NCBI GenBank assembly: GCA_965203555.1
Contig: CBDBCY010000004.1
Coordinates: 1,664,001-1,728,000, forward strand
Length of the DNA stretch: 64,000 bases
Source: Acidimicrobiia bacterium
GTDB lineage: Bacteria > Actinomycetota > Acidimicrobiia > Spongiisociales > ZC4RG35
Direction: 5' to 3'
Position numbers and translations under genes: made by a program. This document shows positions 1 through 8,262 of the stretch, piece by piece. The notes beneath the pieces were generated by a model, which worked only from the letters and a program-made list of their open reading frames with translations, was not told the DNA's origin and ran no database searches. The number at the start of each line of letters is the position of its first letter. The first letter of the stretch is position 1.

Positions 1-1
1 G

Positions 2-457
2 GTGATGAGAAAGCTCCCCATGCGGTCGGGAGCGGTGGTCAAAGAATTGCTTGAAGAGGTGACGGCCACCGCCGCCGAGGCATCCTCGGTCGACCGGCTG
101 CGAGCTGCCGGCGAACAGTTACGCAGATCCGTTCAGAGTCTGAGCCGGGCCGGCCTGGCGCTGGGCGCCGGCCTGGCCAAAGGGGCCTACCGGGATGCCT
201 TGGCCGGGGCCTACCCGTACATGACGATGTTCGGGACGGTTGTGGGCGGGTGGCTGATGCTTCGATCAGCACAGGCCGCCCTGGATCGCATCGGCGCCAA
301 CTCCACCGATGACGATTGGCTTCGACAAAAGATCACCACCGCCCGTTTCTACTGCGAGCATCTCCTTCCCCAGGCCGAGTCTCTGGAAGGCCCCGCGTCT
401 GGCGGCGCCGATCTGCTCTATGAGTTGGATCTGAGACCGGAGATGGCGACTAACTAA
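2..457 (+). CDS. Acyl-CoA dehydrogenase, C-terminal part (5' truncated by window)
   Basis: Typical ACAD C-terminus 'AGAYPYMTMFGTVVGGWLM...QKITTARFYCEHLLPQA'. Confidence 0.85.
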   Translation: MMRKLPMRSGAVVKELLEEVTATAAEASSVDRLRAAGEQLRRSVQSLSRAGLALGAGLAKGAYRDALAGAYPYMTMFGTVVGGWLMLRSAQAALDRIGANSTDDDWLRQKITTARFYCEHLLPQAESLEGPASGGADLLYELDLRPEMATN

Positions 458-468
458 AAGGAAAGAAT

Positions 469-843
469 ATGAGACCCATTCACTTCGAATGCCAGAGTCC
501 CGATCCCGCCTCCAGCATGGAGTTCTTTTCAAAGGCGCTGGATTGGGAATTCCAAGGCTGGCATGACTTTCCGTACTGGCTGGCCACCACCGGGCCCGAT
601 GATCGACCAGGCATAAACGGAGCCGTGATGCCGGCCGCCGACGGGAAACCCCGAACGGTGATAATCATGGAAGTGCCGGACATCGTCCAAGCGCTGGAGA
701 GGGTTTCCGCCGAGGGCGGGGAGATAGTGCTACCCGTCCAGGACATCCCCGAGGTGGGGCAGTCGGCCTACTGCCGCGACCCCCAGGGTCTTTTGTTCGG
801 CCTCTTCCAAGGCTTGGCGGCCGACTCGTCGGAAGGCGCCTGA
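469..843 (+). CDS. VOC/glyoxalase family protein
   Basis: 'IHFE...FFSKALDW', 'GINGAVM', 'DPQGLLFGLFQ' pattern; AGGA SD upstream. Confidence 0.85.
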   Translation: MRPIHFECQSPDPASSMEFFSKALDWEFQGWHDFPYWLATTGPDDRPGINGAVMPAADGKPRTVIIMEVPDIVQALERVSAEGGEIVLPVQDIPEVGQSAYCRDPQGLLFGLFQGLAADSSEGA

Positions 844-882
844 GGAACCGGCCATGACTCCTTCTGCAAACAGGGGAATCTC

Positions 883-2052
883 GTGAAGAGGCGTCGGGTG
901 GCGGTGACCGGTGTGGGGGTGGTCACCGGCCCGGGCCAGGGTGTCGAGAACTTCTGGGAGGGACTGACCAAAGACCCCGGCAAGGGACCCTTCACCATCG
1001 ATGACTGGGATCCCTCGGCATTGATCCCCCGCCGGGAGGCCCGACGCCTGGATCTGTTCTCCCAATATGCCCGGGTAGCCGCTCACGAGGCGCTGGAGAT
1101 GGCAGGAGATCACGGCACGGCGCCTGACCGGTCGGGGTCCTGCGTGGGAACCGGAATCGGAGGGATGCAATCGTTTGAGAACCTGGTCAACGCCGTCTAC
1201 CACAGCCCCAGGCCGCGGCCCTCTCCTCTGGCCATCCCCATGATGATGGGCAACGCGGCTGCGGCCGACATCTCCATCACCTTCGGGTTTCTCGGCCCGG
1301 CCACCACCCAGACCCTGGCCTGCGCGGCCGGCGCCCAGGCCATCTGCGACGCTCTCCGTCAGATCCAGTGGGGATATGCCGACCTGATGGTGGCGGGCGG
1401 ATCCGAAGCAGCCGTGAGGCCGGCCTCCATCGCCGGGTTCCGCGTCGCCCGGGCGTTGTCTCCCACCGACGAGTCGCGGCCCTTCGACGTGGACCGCAAC
1501 GGTTTCGTGGTCGGCGAGGGCGCCGCCATGATGGTCCTGGAGGAGTGGGATCAGGCAGAGAACCGCGGCGCTGACATCCTGGCCGAACTGATGGGCGCCG
1601 GGACCAGCTCCGACGCCCATCACATCACCGCTCCCCATCCCGAGGGCGAAGGCGCCCGCCGCGCTCTGGAGTGGGCGCTGGAAGACGCAGGCGCCACTTC
1701 CGACCAGGTGGGTTACATCAACGCCCACGGAACCGCCACTCCGCTCAACGACGCCGGCGAAGGTCGGGTGATTTTCGATATCTGGGGCGACAACCAGCCG
1801 CTGGTGTCCTCTATCAAAGGAACCACCGGCCATGCGCTGGGCGCCAGCGGGGGGATAGAGGCGGTGGCCTCCGTTCTGGCCATCAGCCGCAAACAAGTCC
1901 CGCCCAACATCGGTCTACGGGAACAGGATCCGCAGATCGCCCTGCAGCGAATCGTGACGGAGCGCCAAGATTGGGAGCCGGGTTTGGCGGTCTCCAATTC
2001 CTTCGGGTTCGGCGGCCACAACACGGTGCTGGTATTCGGTCCCGCCGATTGA
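883..2052 (+). CDS. fabF: Beta-ketoacyl-ACP synthase II family
   Basis: 'RRVAVTGVGVV', catalytic Cys in 'LACAAG', 'INAHGTAT', 'SIKGTTGH', 'SNSFGFGGHN'. Confidence 0.9.
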   Translation: MKRRRVAVTGVGVVTGPGQGVENFWEGLTKDPGKGPFTIDDWDPSALIPRREARRLDLFSQYARVAAHEALEMAGDHGTAPDRSGSCVGTGIGGMQSFENLVNAVYHSPRPRPSPLAIPMMMGNAAAADISITFGFLGPATTQTLACAAGAQAICDALRQIQWGYADLMVAGGSEAAVRPASIAGFRVARALSPTDESRPFDVDRNGFVVGEGAAMMVLEEWDQAENRGADILAELMGAGTSSDAHHITAPHPEGEGARRALEWALEDAGATSDQVGYINAHGTATPLNDAGEGRVIFDIWGDNQPLVSSIKGTTGHALGASGGIEAVASVLAISRKQVPPNIGLREQDPQIALQRIVTERQDWEPGLAVSNSFGFGGHNTVLVFGPAD

Positions 2053-2074
2053 ATCCCGGCCGAGCGACCGGCCC

Positions 2075-2539
2075 GTGTTCTCCGTAGTTCTCTACCGGCC
2101 GGAGATTCCCCCCAACACCGGAGCGGTGATGCGACTGGCGGCCAACACCGGGTGCAGGCTGCATCTGATCGAGCCGCTGGGCTTTCAGATGTCCGACGCC
2201 CGGTTGCGCCGGGCCGGAATGGACTACCGCGACAGGGCGGTGACCGAGGTGCACGAAAGCCTGCAGGCGTGGCGGGCAAAGACCCGTCCTCCCCGGGTGA
2301 TCGCATTCTCGCCCCACTCCCGGCGCTGGCATTCGGACCTTGAGTACCGCGGCGGGGACGCGCTGCTGTTCGGCCCCGAGTCGGTGGGGTTGCCCGAGGA
2401 AGTGCTGTCGGAGTCGTGGATCGACCACACCGTCCGCATCCCCATGCTCCCCGACGTCCGCAGCCTCAACCTCGCCAACTCGGTAGCCATCGGGGTGTAC
2501 GAAGCCTGGAGCCGGCATGATCACCGAGGGGCGATCTGA
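2075..2539 (+). CDS. trmL: tRNA (cytidine/uridine(34)-2'-O)-methyltransferase (SpoU family)
   Basis: 'PEIPPNTG', 'RRAGMDY', 'LLFGPESVGL', 'RSLNLANS'. Confidence 0.93.
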   Translation: MFSVVLYRPEIPPNTGAVMRLAANTGCRLHLIEPLGFQMSDARLRRAGMDYRDRAVTEVHESLQAWRAKTRPPRVIAFSPHSRRWHSDLEYRGGDALLFGPESVGLPEEVLSESWIDHTVRIPMLPDVRSLNLANSVAIGVYEAWSRHDHRGAI

Positions 2540-2558
2540 CCTTTTGGACTCTTTCCTC

Positions 2559-2664
2559 CAACAATAAAAGTCACAAAAACAATAAAGGCCACAAAAGGCT
2601 ATCCGCCCCTATAATCAGGCACAACAATAAAAGCCACAAAAACAATAAAGGCCACAAAAGGCTA
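2559..2664 (+). repeat. Two 43-bp direct repeats (each two 18-bp AACAATAAARG(T/C)CACAAA units plus tail) flanking a TATAAT box; likely promoter/operator
   Basis: caacaataaaagtcacaaaaacaataaaggccacaaaaggcta at 2559-2601 and again with 1 mismatch at 2622-2664; TATAAT at 2610-2615. Confidence 0.9.
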
Positions 2665-2677
2665 CCTGTCCTGAAAA

Positions 2678-3889
2678 ATGGCAACCAACGAAAACCCTTT
2701 CACCCCGAGCTTCGGCACCTCACCACCAGTGCTGGCGGGTCGCGACAACATTCTCACCGACTGGGACAACGCCCTCGAAGCGGGCCCGCGACACCCCGAC
2801 TTCACCATTCTCTTCCTGGGAATGCGGGGCGCCGGCAAGACCGCCATGCTCAACGAGGTGGAAGACCGCGCCAGAACACGCGGCTGGCTAACCATCTCCG
2901 AAGACTCCACCCACCGCGGACTCTTGTCTCGGATCACCAAGGCAGCGATCTCCCTATCGACCGATTTGGACTCGACCGGGACCCGCCGCCAGGTCACCGG
3001 TATTGAAGCGGCAGGCCTGGGAATCGAATTCCAGCCCCGACCCTTACCGGAACCTCCCCAGGACCTGCGCACCGTGCTCACCCAACTGGCCGACCTCCTG
3101 CAAAGGAACGGCACCGGATTGCTGATCACCATCGACGAGATGCAAGCAGCCGAGGTCGACGAGATTCGCCGGTTCGGCAGCATCATCCAACATGTGACCC
3201 GCAGAGAAGAACGACCTGTTGCTTTTGTAGGCGCCGGGCTCCCCGAGATCGAGGACAGATTCCTGTCAGGTGATGCGGTCACCTTCCTGCAACGGTGCTC
3301 CCGCCGGGACATCGGGCCACTGGATGATCAGGCCACCGCCACCGCTCTGCAGGTTCCGATCGCGGACCTCCACGCCTCCCTCGCTCCCGGTGCCCTGGCC
3401 GCGGCGGTCCGAGCTGTGTCGGGCTATGCCTTCATGACCCAACTCGTTGGTTTTCACATGTGGAAGGCAGCCGCCGACCCGTATGCCGGCATCACCTTCC
3501 GAGAGGCGGCGGCCGGCATCGCGGAGGCGGAGAGGCAAATGGCCAGACTGGTGCTGGAACCCATCTGGAAGACCCTGTCAGAAATGGACCGCCGGTTTTT
3601 ACTGGAGATGAGCCAGGACAGCGGAGAGTCCCGTCTGGCCGAGGTGGCCGGCCGACTGGGGAGAAATGTCGGATACGCAGGTGTGTACCGCAGCCGCCTT
3701 ATCCAAAAGGGTATGATCGTCCCGGTCCGCAAAGGATGGATTGCCTTCGCTCATCATTCCACCCGTCAGTGGCTGAAGCAACTGCCCCGCGGAACCGCCG
3801 GGTCCGAAGGCCCGATCCTGCCGATGTCCGCTCACCGGTCCCCCGAAGAGAGCGGATCGACCAGAACCGGACCCAGCGGCCCTTCCTGA
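2678..3889 (+). CDS. AAA_16-type ATP-binding protein with probable C-terminal winged helix
   Basis: 'NPFTPSFG..PPVLAGRD', Walker A 'GMRGAGKT', Walker B 'ITIDEMQ', C-terminal 'YRSRLIQKGMI'. Confidence 0.85.
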   Translation: MATNENPFTPSFGTSPPVLAGRDNILTDWDNALEAGPRHPDFTILFLGMRGAGKTAMLNEVEDRARTRGWLTISEDSTHRGLLSRITKAAISLSTDLDSTGTRRQVTGIEAAGLGIEFQPRPLPEPPQDLRTVLTQLADLLQRNGTGLLITIDEMQAAEVDEIRRFGSIIQHVTRREERPVAFVGAGLPEIEDRFLSGDAVTFLQRCSRRDIGPLDDQATATALQVPIADLHASLAPGALAAAVRAVSGYAFMTQLVGFHMWKAAADPYAGITFREAAAGIAEAERQMARLVLEPIWKTLSEMDRRFLLEMSQDSGESRLAEVAGRLGRNVGYAGVYRSRLIQKGMIVPVRKGWIAFAHHSTRQWLKQLPRGTAGSEGPILPMSAHRSPEESGSTRTGPSGPS

Positions 3890-4851
3890 CGGACCACCCG
3901 CCCCTTCCCGACCCGCCGGGCGGTCACGCTCTCCAAGTCGGCCAACTTCTCGGCGCCTTCCAAGGCGGTCAGATCACCGTCGTAGTAGTCGAACCACGGC
4001 AACCCGGCGTCGGTGTACTGGCGGGCAGTGGGCGGCTGGTTGGGAGGGCGGACCCCGCAGACCGTCAGGTACTGGACGCTGTTTAGGACATGCACGAAGC
4101 AGCGGGCGCTCGCCTCCGTTTCCCAAACGTCGAATCCGTAGTCGTCCTCGTAGATCTCCTGGCGCATGAGACCTCCGGGCGCCAACCCCATTTCCATGGG
4201 AGCCATGACGGGAGGCGCCATGCAATACACGGGACCTTCATGTATATCTGCTCCCTCCTCCATCGGCTCATACTCCGAAGCCTTCATCGGGTAGACCACG
4301 ATCTGGACGCCGCCGTGCTCGCCCTCCCCGGTCAACTGCTCCTCGGCCGTGTACCCCTGTCCCAGGGGCATCGCCACAAACTGACGTATCAGCCCTCTCT
4401 TGACACAGAAGCCGTCCAGCCAGGGCTGATCCGGAACCACCAGATAGTCCTGCGGATCCTGACAGAGGTCATCGGTCCATACCTCCCCGGTCAGGGCGTT
4501 GATCTTTCCGGCGGCCACCTTCACGGCCATGGGATAGTCAGCGATGAAGTTGATCCACATCGCCTCAGCCTGATACATGGGGAAGAAGACACCGCCGTGC
4601 CTGCTCCAATCCTCCGGGATACCGTGCGAATAGTCGTCCACCAGTTCGAGGGGGAATCTCCCGAGACCCGGTGGAAGGAAATGCGCCCGATCGTCGTCGG
4701 GTATTCGCAGGGTCCGCTGGAAATCGAGGCTGAACCCGGCGTCCTCGTGCACTTGAGGAAACCGAAATGTCAGACGGTCGTCCCTGAGTTCCACCACTCC
4801 CGAGCCTCCCGCTCCCTCGTCGCTCCTCCGGCTTTCCTTTAGTCGGCTCAT
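3832..4851 (-). CDS. Conserved hypothetical protein (QRTLRIPDD/PPGLGRFPL family)
   Basis: Long ORF with conserved-looking motifs 'FQRTLRIPDD', 'PMYQAEAMWINF', 'QPWLDG', 'GLPWFDYY'; TTGGAG SD-like site upstream. Confidence 0.8.
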   Translation of the reverse strand: MSRLKESRRSDEGAGGSGVVELRDDRLTFRFPQVHEDAGFSLDFQRTLRIPDDDRAHFLPPGLGRFPLELVDDYSHGIPEDWSRHGGVFFPMYQAEAMWINFIADYPMAVKVAAGKINALTGEVWTDDLCQDPQDYLVVPDQPWLDGFCVKRGLIRQFVAMPLGQGYTAEEQLTGEGEHGGVQIVVYPMKASEYEPMEEGADIHEGPVYCMAPPVMAPMEMGLAPGGLMRQEIYEDDYGFDVWETEASARCFVHVLNSVQYLTVCGVRPPNQPPTARQYTDAGLPWFDYYDGDLTALEGAEKLADLESVTARRVGKGRVVRQEGPLGPVLVDPLSSGDR

Positions 4852-4890
4852 CGCTCCAATCCTTACTTAGCCAAACATCTTGTCGGCCCT

Positions 4891-4913
4891 ATTCAAAGCA
4901 GAGGGGTGTGACA
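4891..4913 (-). promoter_or_regulatory. TGTCACACCCCT motif, RecA-NDp/PafBC-like promoter (weaker -10)
   Basis: Same 12-mer as at 6491-6502, upstream of the 3832-4851 gene, followed by TTGAAT. Confidence 0.45.
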
Positions 4914-5249
4914 GCTTCTCGTCAACCAAGAGCAATTTGATCCTCCCAGCTACCAGTACGGACCATAGACCGCGAATTCTGTCGCTAAACCGCGAAAAAT
5001 AGCCCTGCAAGGGTCTGATCTCTGATGGGCCCTCCCCCGCCGCCTCCTTTCCGTGGTTGTTCGCGAAATCTCCACGCCTTTATTCGGTAGTGGTTTCGCC
5101 TGTTGGGTTGTTCCGGCCGGGTTGAGCTCTCGGGTCCCCGATCGGTGGGATTGATTGGTAGCTGATAATCAATGTGGACCAATAGCCGGGGGACCGGCAA
5201 CCCCCAGGCTGGGGATTGTTTCCCAACCTCACCCCGGATGTTCACAGTC

Positions 5250-6473
5250 TCAACCCGGTGGGGGTCTGCTTCGAGCGCGTCGCCTGGTTGAGGTCTTGAT
5301 CGGCAGTGACCTTCGACTGCCGGAAGCCGGGGGTTGCAGCACATATTTGCCGCCGGGAGTTTGAACAACCTCCCAGTCCTGGTCGTGGACCCGGTGGTGG
5401 CATCGGCTGCACAGCAGGACCATGTTGTCGATGTCGGTGGGGCCGTCGGCCGCCCAGGGAATGATGTGGTGCGACTGGCACCAGGCGGGATCGGCGCCGC
5501 ACCCCACACAGTTGCGGTCTCGGGCGATCAGCAACATTCGTTGTGTGGGAGAAGCGATCCGTCTGGCCGTCCCTGCCCACAGCACCTGGCCCCTACCGTC
5601 GAAGATGGTGGGAAGAATCCGGCTCTGGCAGGCCAGATCTTTCACCGCTTCCACCGGCAACGGGGCGCCGTCACCCAGCCTGGCGTCACGGATCAGTTGT
5701 GTGATCGGGTCATAGTGAGCGATCAGCACCAACACCGGACCCCGACCACCCCGCTTCTTCTTGTCGTTCTTTTCTTTGCGTTCCCCGCACAACAACTCCA
5801 CCAACGCGTCCGCCATTCGCTGTCCGGTGGTGGGACGATGCCGGGGATCTTCTTCCCTCCACATCTGGTTGGCCATCTTCGACAAGGCGCTTTTCGTCTT
5901 GGCGCCGTTGATCGGGTCCAGCAGGGCATGCAACACCGTCATCCCACTGCCGCGATCCACCCGAATCCACACTTTACGATCAGAACGCTGTCGTCGAAGG
6001 ATCGACATCCCGTCATCCTCGGAACGCCGCTGGACGTGCCTGCGTGCGGTGTGAGCAAACACGTCCACGGGCTGCTTTTTGGCCTTGTCCACCAACTCCT
6101 GTTCGTCTATGTCACCCTGCTGGGAGGTCTTGACGATGATCTTGGCGTGATCGAACGAGATCTTTCCCTTACCGAAGGCATCGGAGGTGACCGGCAAATC
6201 GTTCAGTCCCCTGCCGGTTTCCAACTCCTGCCGAGCGCCGCGGGTGGACTGACCGGACTTGTCCCGCAACGTCTTCTCCGCCGCTCCCTTACCCTGCCGG
6301 CGGGCAAGCTCCGCCGCCGCTTCCGCCCGGACCGCCTCGACCTTGGCCTTTGCTTGACTGGCCGAACGGATCCGCTCTTTCAACTCTTCCACGGAGGCGC
6401 TCTTCAACCGCGCAGACGGCAACACCACCCGCACCCGATGACTCGAGACCCCTTGTCGTCCTCCCTCTTTCAT
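5250..6473 (-). CDS. DUF222 domain HNH endonuclease (13E12-repeat-like family)
   Basis: 'QRMADALVELL', 'LIARDRNCVGC', 'HHIIPWAADGPTDIDNMVLLCSRCHHRVH'; start placed at ATG 6473, 7 nt below TATAAT. Confidence 0.9.
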   Translation of the reverse strand: MKEGGRQGVSSHRVRVVLPSARLKSASVEELKERIRSASQAKAKVEAVRAEAAAELARRQGKGAAEKTLRDKSGQSTRGARQELETGRGLNDLPVTSDAFGKGKISFDHAKIIVKTSQQGDIDEQELVDKAKKQPVDVFAHTARRHVQRRSEDDGMSILRRQRSDRKVWIRVDRGSGMTVLHALLDPINGAKTKSALSKMANQMWREEDPRHRPTTGQRMADALVELLCGERKEKNDKKKRGGRGPVLVLIAHYDPITQLIRDARLGDGAPLPVEAVKDLACQSRILPTIFDGRGQVLWAGTARRIASPTQRMLLIARDRNCVGCGADPAWCQSHHIIPWAADGPTDIDNMVLLCSRCHHRVHDQDWEVVQTPGGKYVLQPPASGSRRSLPIKTSTRRRARSRPPPG

Positions 6474-6480
6474 GCTTACC

Positions 6481-6502
6481 ATTATACCGCAGGGGTGTGA
6501 CA
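6481..6502 (-). promoter_or_regulatory. TGTCAC-N10-TATAAT promoter (PafBC/RecA-NDp-like), probably leaderless
   Basis: Minus strand TGTCACACCCCTGCGGTATAAT-GGTAAGC-ATG. Confidence 0.65.
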
Positions 6503-6601
6503 ATACCTACTGTATTATAATGCTATCTACGCTATTACAACCTAATAGGACAGCAAACATAGGCATGCCAAGTCCGGCTGGAATTCTGCAACGCCCGCGA
6601 T

Positions 6602-8134
6602 CTACCGAGGAAACGCCAGGTCGATCTCCTCCTGCGTCCAGTACCCCTCTATCGGGCGGACGCCGGCTTCTCGCCCGTAATGAGCGAGTCGCACATTGTC
6701 CCATTCATTGAATATCTCGATCGCGTCGAACACGCTTTGAGGGCTGACCGCCTTCAAGGCCTTCCAGCCCTCACTTCTCGGCTTGGGAAGATTGGAGGTC
6801 AGGATCAGCAGCGGCGTCTCCAACCGGGCCATCTGAAGAACATGCGCCCTGCCCAGCGCCTTCCACAGAGTGTCGGTTCTTTGCAGGCCCGGTCTCACAG
6901 TGGTGAACGCTCCCGACACGTCCACATACCACCTCATCCCTCTCTGATTCTCAACCAGGAAGTTGTACTGGATACCCACCGCCGGAATCTTGGGATTGGT
7001 TTTGACGATCCTGAATCCGGCTGCTTCAAGAGCGCCCCGAGCCAGGTCCTGCACCTTCTTGCCCTCCCTGACCGCCCGAGCCTGAAAGTGCTCGATGGAC
7101 GGACGGGCCCCCGGGGTGTTGCCGGGCTGCCGCATCCCGTTGATGGCGCCATCCGGTTCGGGATCCTGGTCCAGCAGCGTTGGCCGTCGCATTGCTCGTT
7201 CCAGCCTTCGGTGAGCTATCTCCACATACTCAGGCTTGATGTCGTATCCGACTGCCCGCCGCCATGCCTTGTAGGCGGCCACCAATGTGGTCCCCGAACC
7301 CATGAAGGGATCCAGCACCAGGTCATCTTCATAGGTATAGAGATCAATGAGCCTCAACGGAAGCTCCACCGGGAAGGGGGCGGGATGGGAGACCCGACGA
7401 GCGCTCTCGGCAGGGATTTCCCACACGTCAAGGGTGGCTTCCACGAACTCGTCATTGGGAAGGGTGGCGACATTGGGAAGCCCCGCCTTCTTGCGTGCCG
7501 ACCGTTTCTTGGCCCGATCGAACCGCCCCTTGCTCGCCACGATGATCCTCTCGGTGGTGTCGCGAAGCACCGGATTGGACGGCTGCCGGAACGATCCCCA
7601 GGCGACCGCCCCTCCCATGGCCTTGGCCTTCCTCCAGATGATCTCTCCCCGCATCAGCAGACCGAGATCCTCGAATATCTTGATCACATCGGCGGAGAGA
7701 CTGCGGTAGGGCTTGCGGCCCAGATTGGCCACATTGACGGCGATCCGGCCTCCCGGCTCCAGCACCCGGATGCATTCGTAGAAAGCGTCGTAGAGCAATT
7801 GGAGGTATTCCCGATAGGTCCTCGGCAGGCCGGCGACCAGGGAGTCATGATGCGCCCTCCCGATCACCTCGTTCTCATAGGCCTTGCCCACGAAGTAGGG
7901 AGGTGATGTGACCACCAGCGCAACGGACCGGTCGGGAATCTGATGCATGCACCTCGCATCACCCAGAATCGGACCCTCGGCTTGCGGACGGGGTCCGATC
8001 CGGTCGTCGTTGTTGATGATCGGCGGCTGGAAACGGGCATAGAAGGACGAAGAATCGTGACTCTCTCTGCGACCCGACCCGAAGTCGGAGGTGCTGGTGG
8101 GACGTCGTGGAGGTCGGGACACTCGTTCAGCCAT
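6602..8134 (-). CDS. Beta-class (N4C/N6A) site-specific DNA methyltransferase with C-terminal restriction-endonuclease-like domain
   Basis: Motif IV 'VVTSPPY' precedes 'HPAPFP' and motif I 'LDPFMGSGTT'; extra ~190-aa C-terminal region; start uncertain (8134-8206). Confidence 0.85.
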   Translation of the reverse strand: MAERVSRPPRRPTSTSDFGSGRRESHDSSSFYARFQPPIINNDDRIGPRPQAEGPILGDARCMHQIPDRSVALVVTSPPYFVGKAYENEVIGRAHHDSLVAGLPRTYREYLQLLYDAFYECIRVLEPGGRIAVNVANLGRKPYRSLSADVIKIFEDLGLLMRGEIIWRKAKAMGGAVAWGSFRQPSNPVLRDTTERIIVASKGRFDRAKKRSARKKAGLPNVATLPNDEFVEATLDVWEIPAESARRVSHPAPFPVELPLRLIDLYTYEDDLVLDPFMGSGTTLVAAYKAWRRAVGYDIKPEYVEIAHRRLERAMRRPTLLDQDPEPDGAINGMRQPGNTPGARPSIEHFQARAVREGKKVQDLARGALEAAGFRIVKTNPKIPAVGIQYNFLVENQRGMRWYVDVSGAFTTVRPGLQRTDTLWKALGRAHVLQMARLETPLLILTSNLPKPRSEGWKALKAVSPQSVFDAIEIFNEWDNVRLAHYGREAGVRPIEGYWTQEEIDLAFPR

Positions 8135-8262
8135 CGCGTGAATCATAAGAGCGCACCCTCCCCGGTCGAGGGAACCTCGCCCACGGCTCATCCTGCCATC
8201 AACCATCTTGCTTTACACCCTCGGCTCATTAGCTTTCATAGAGTTCCCAAAGAGGAGAGTGC

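Noticed and set aside
2559-2664. Possible mini-CRISPR array
   Set aside because: Only two 43-bp repeats with a 20-bp spacer, internally repetitive and non-palindromic, with no cas genes; fits an operator array better
5250-6473. IscB/Cas9-like RNA-guided nuclease
   Set aside because: No RuvC or PLMP motifs; architecture is DUF222 plus C-terminal HNH
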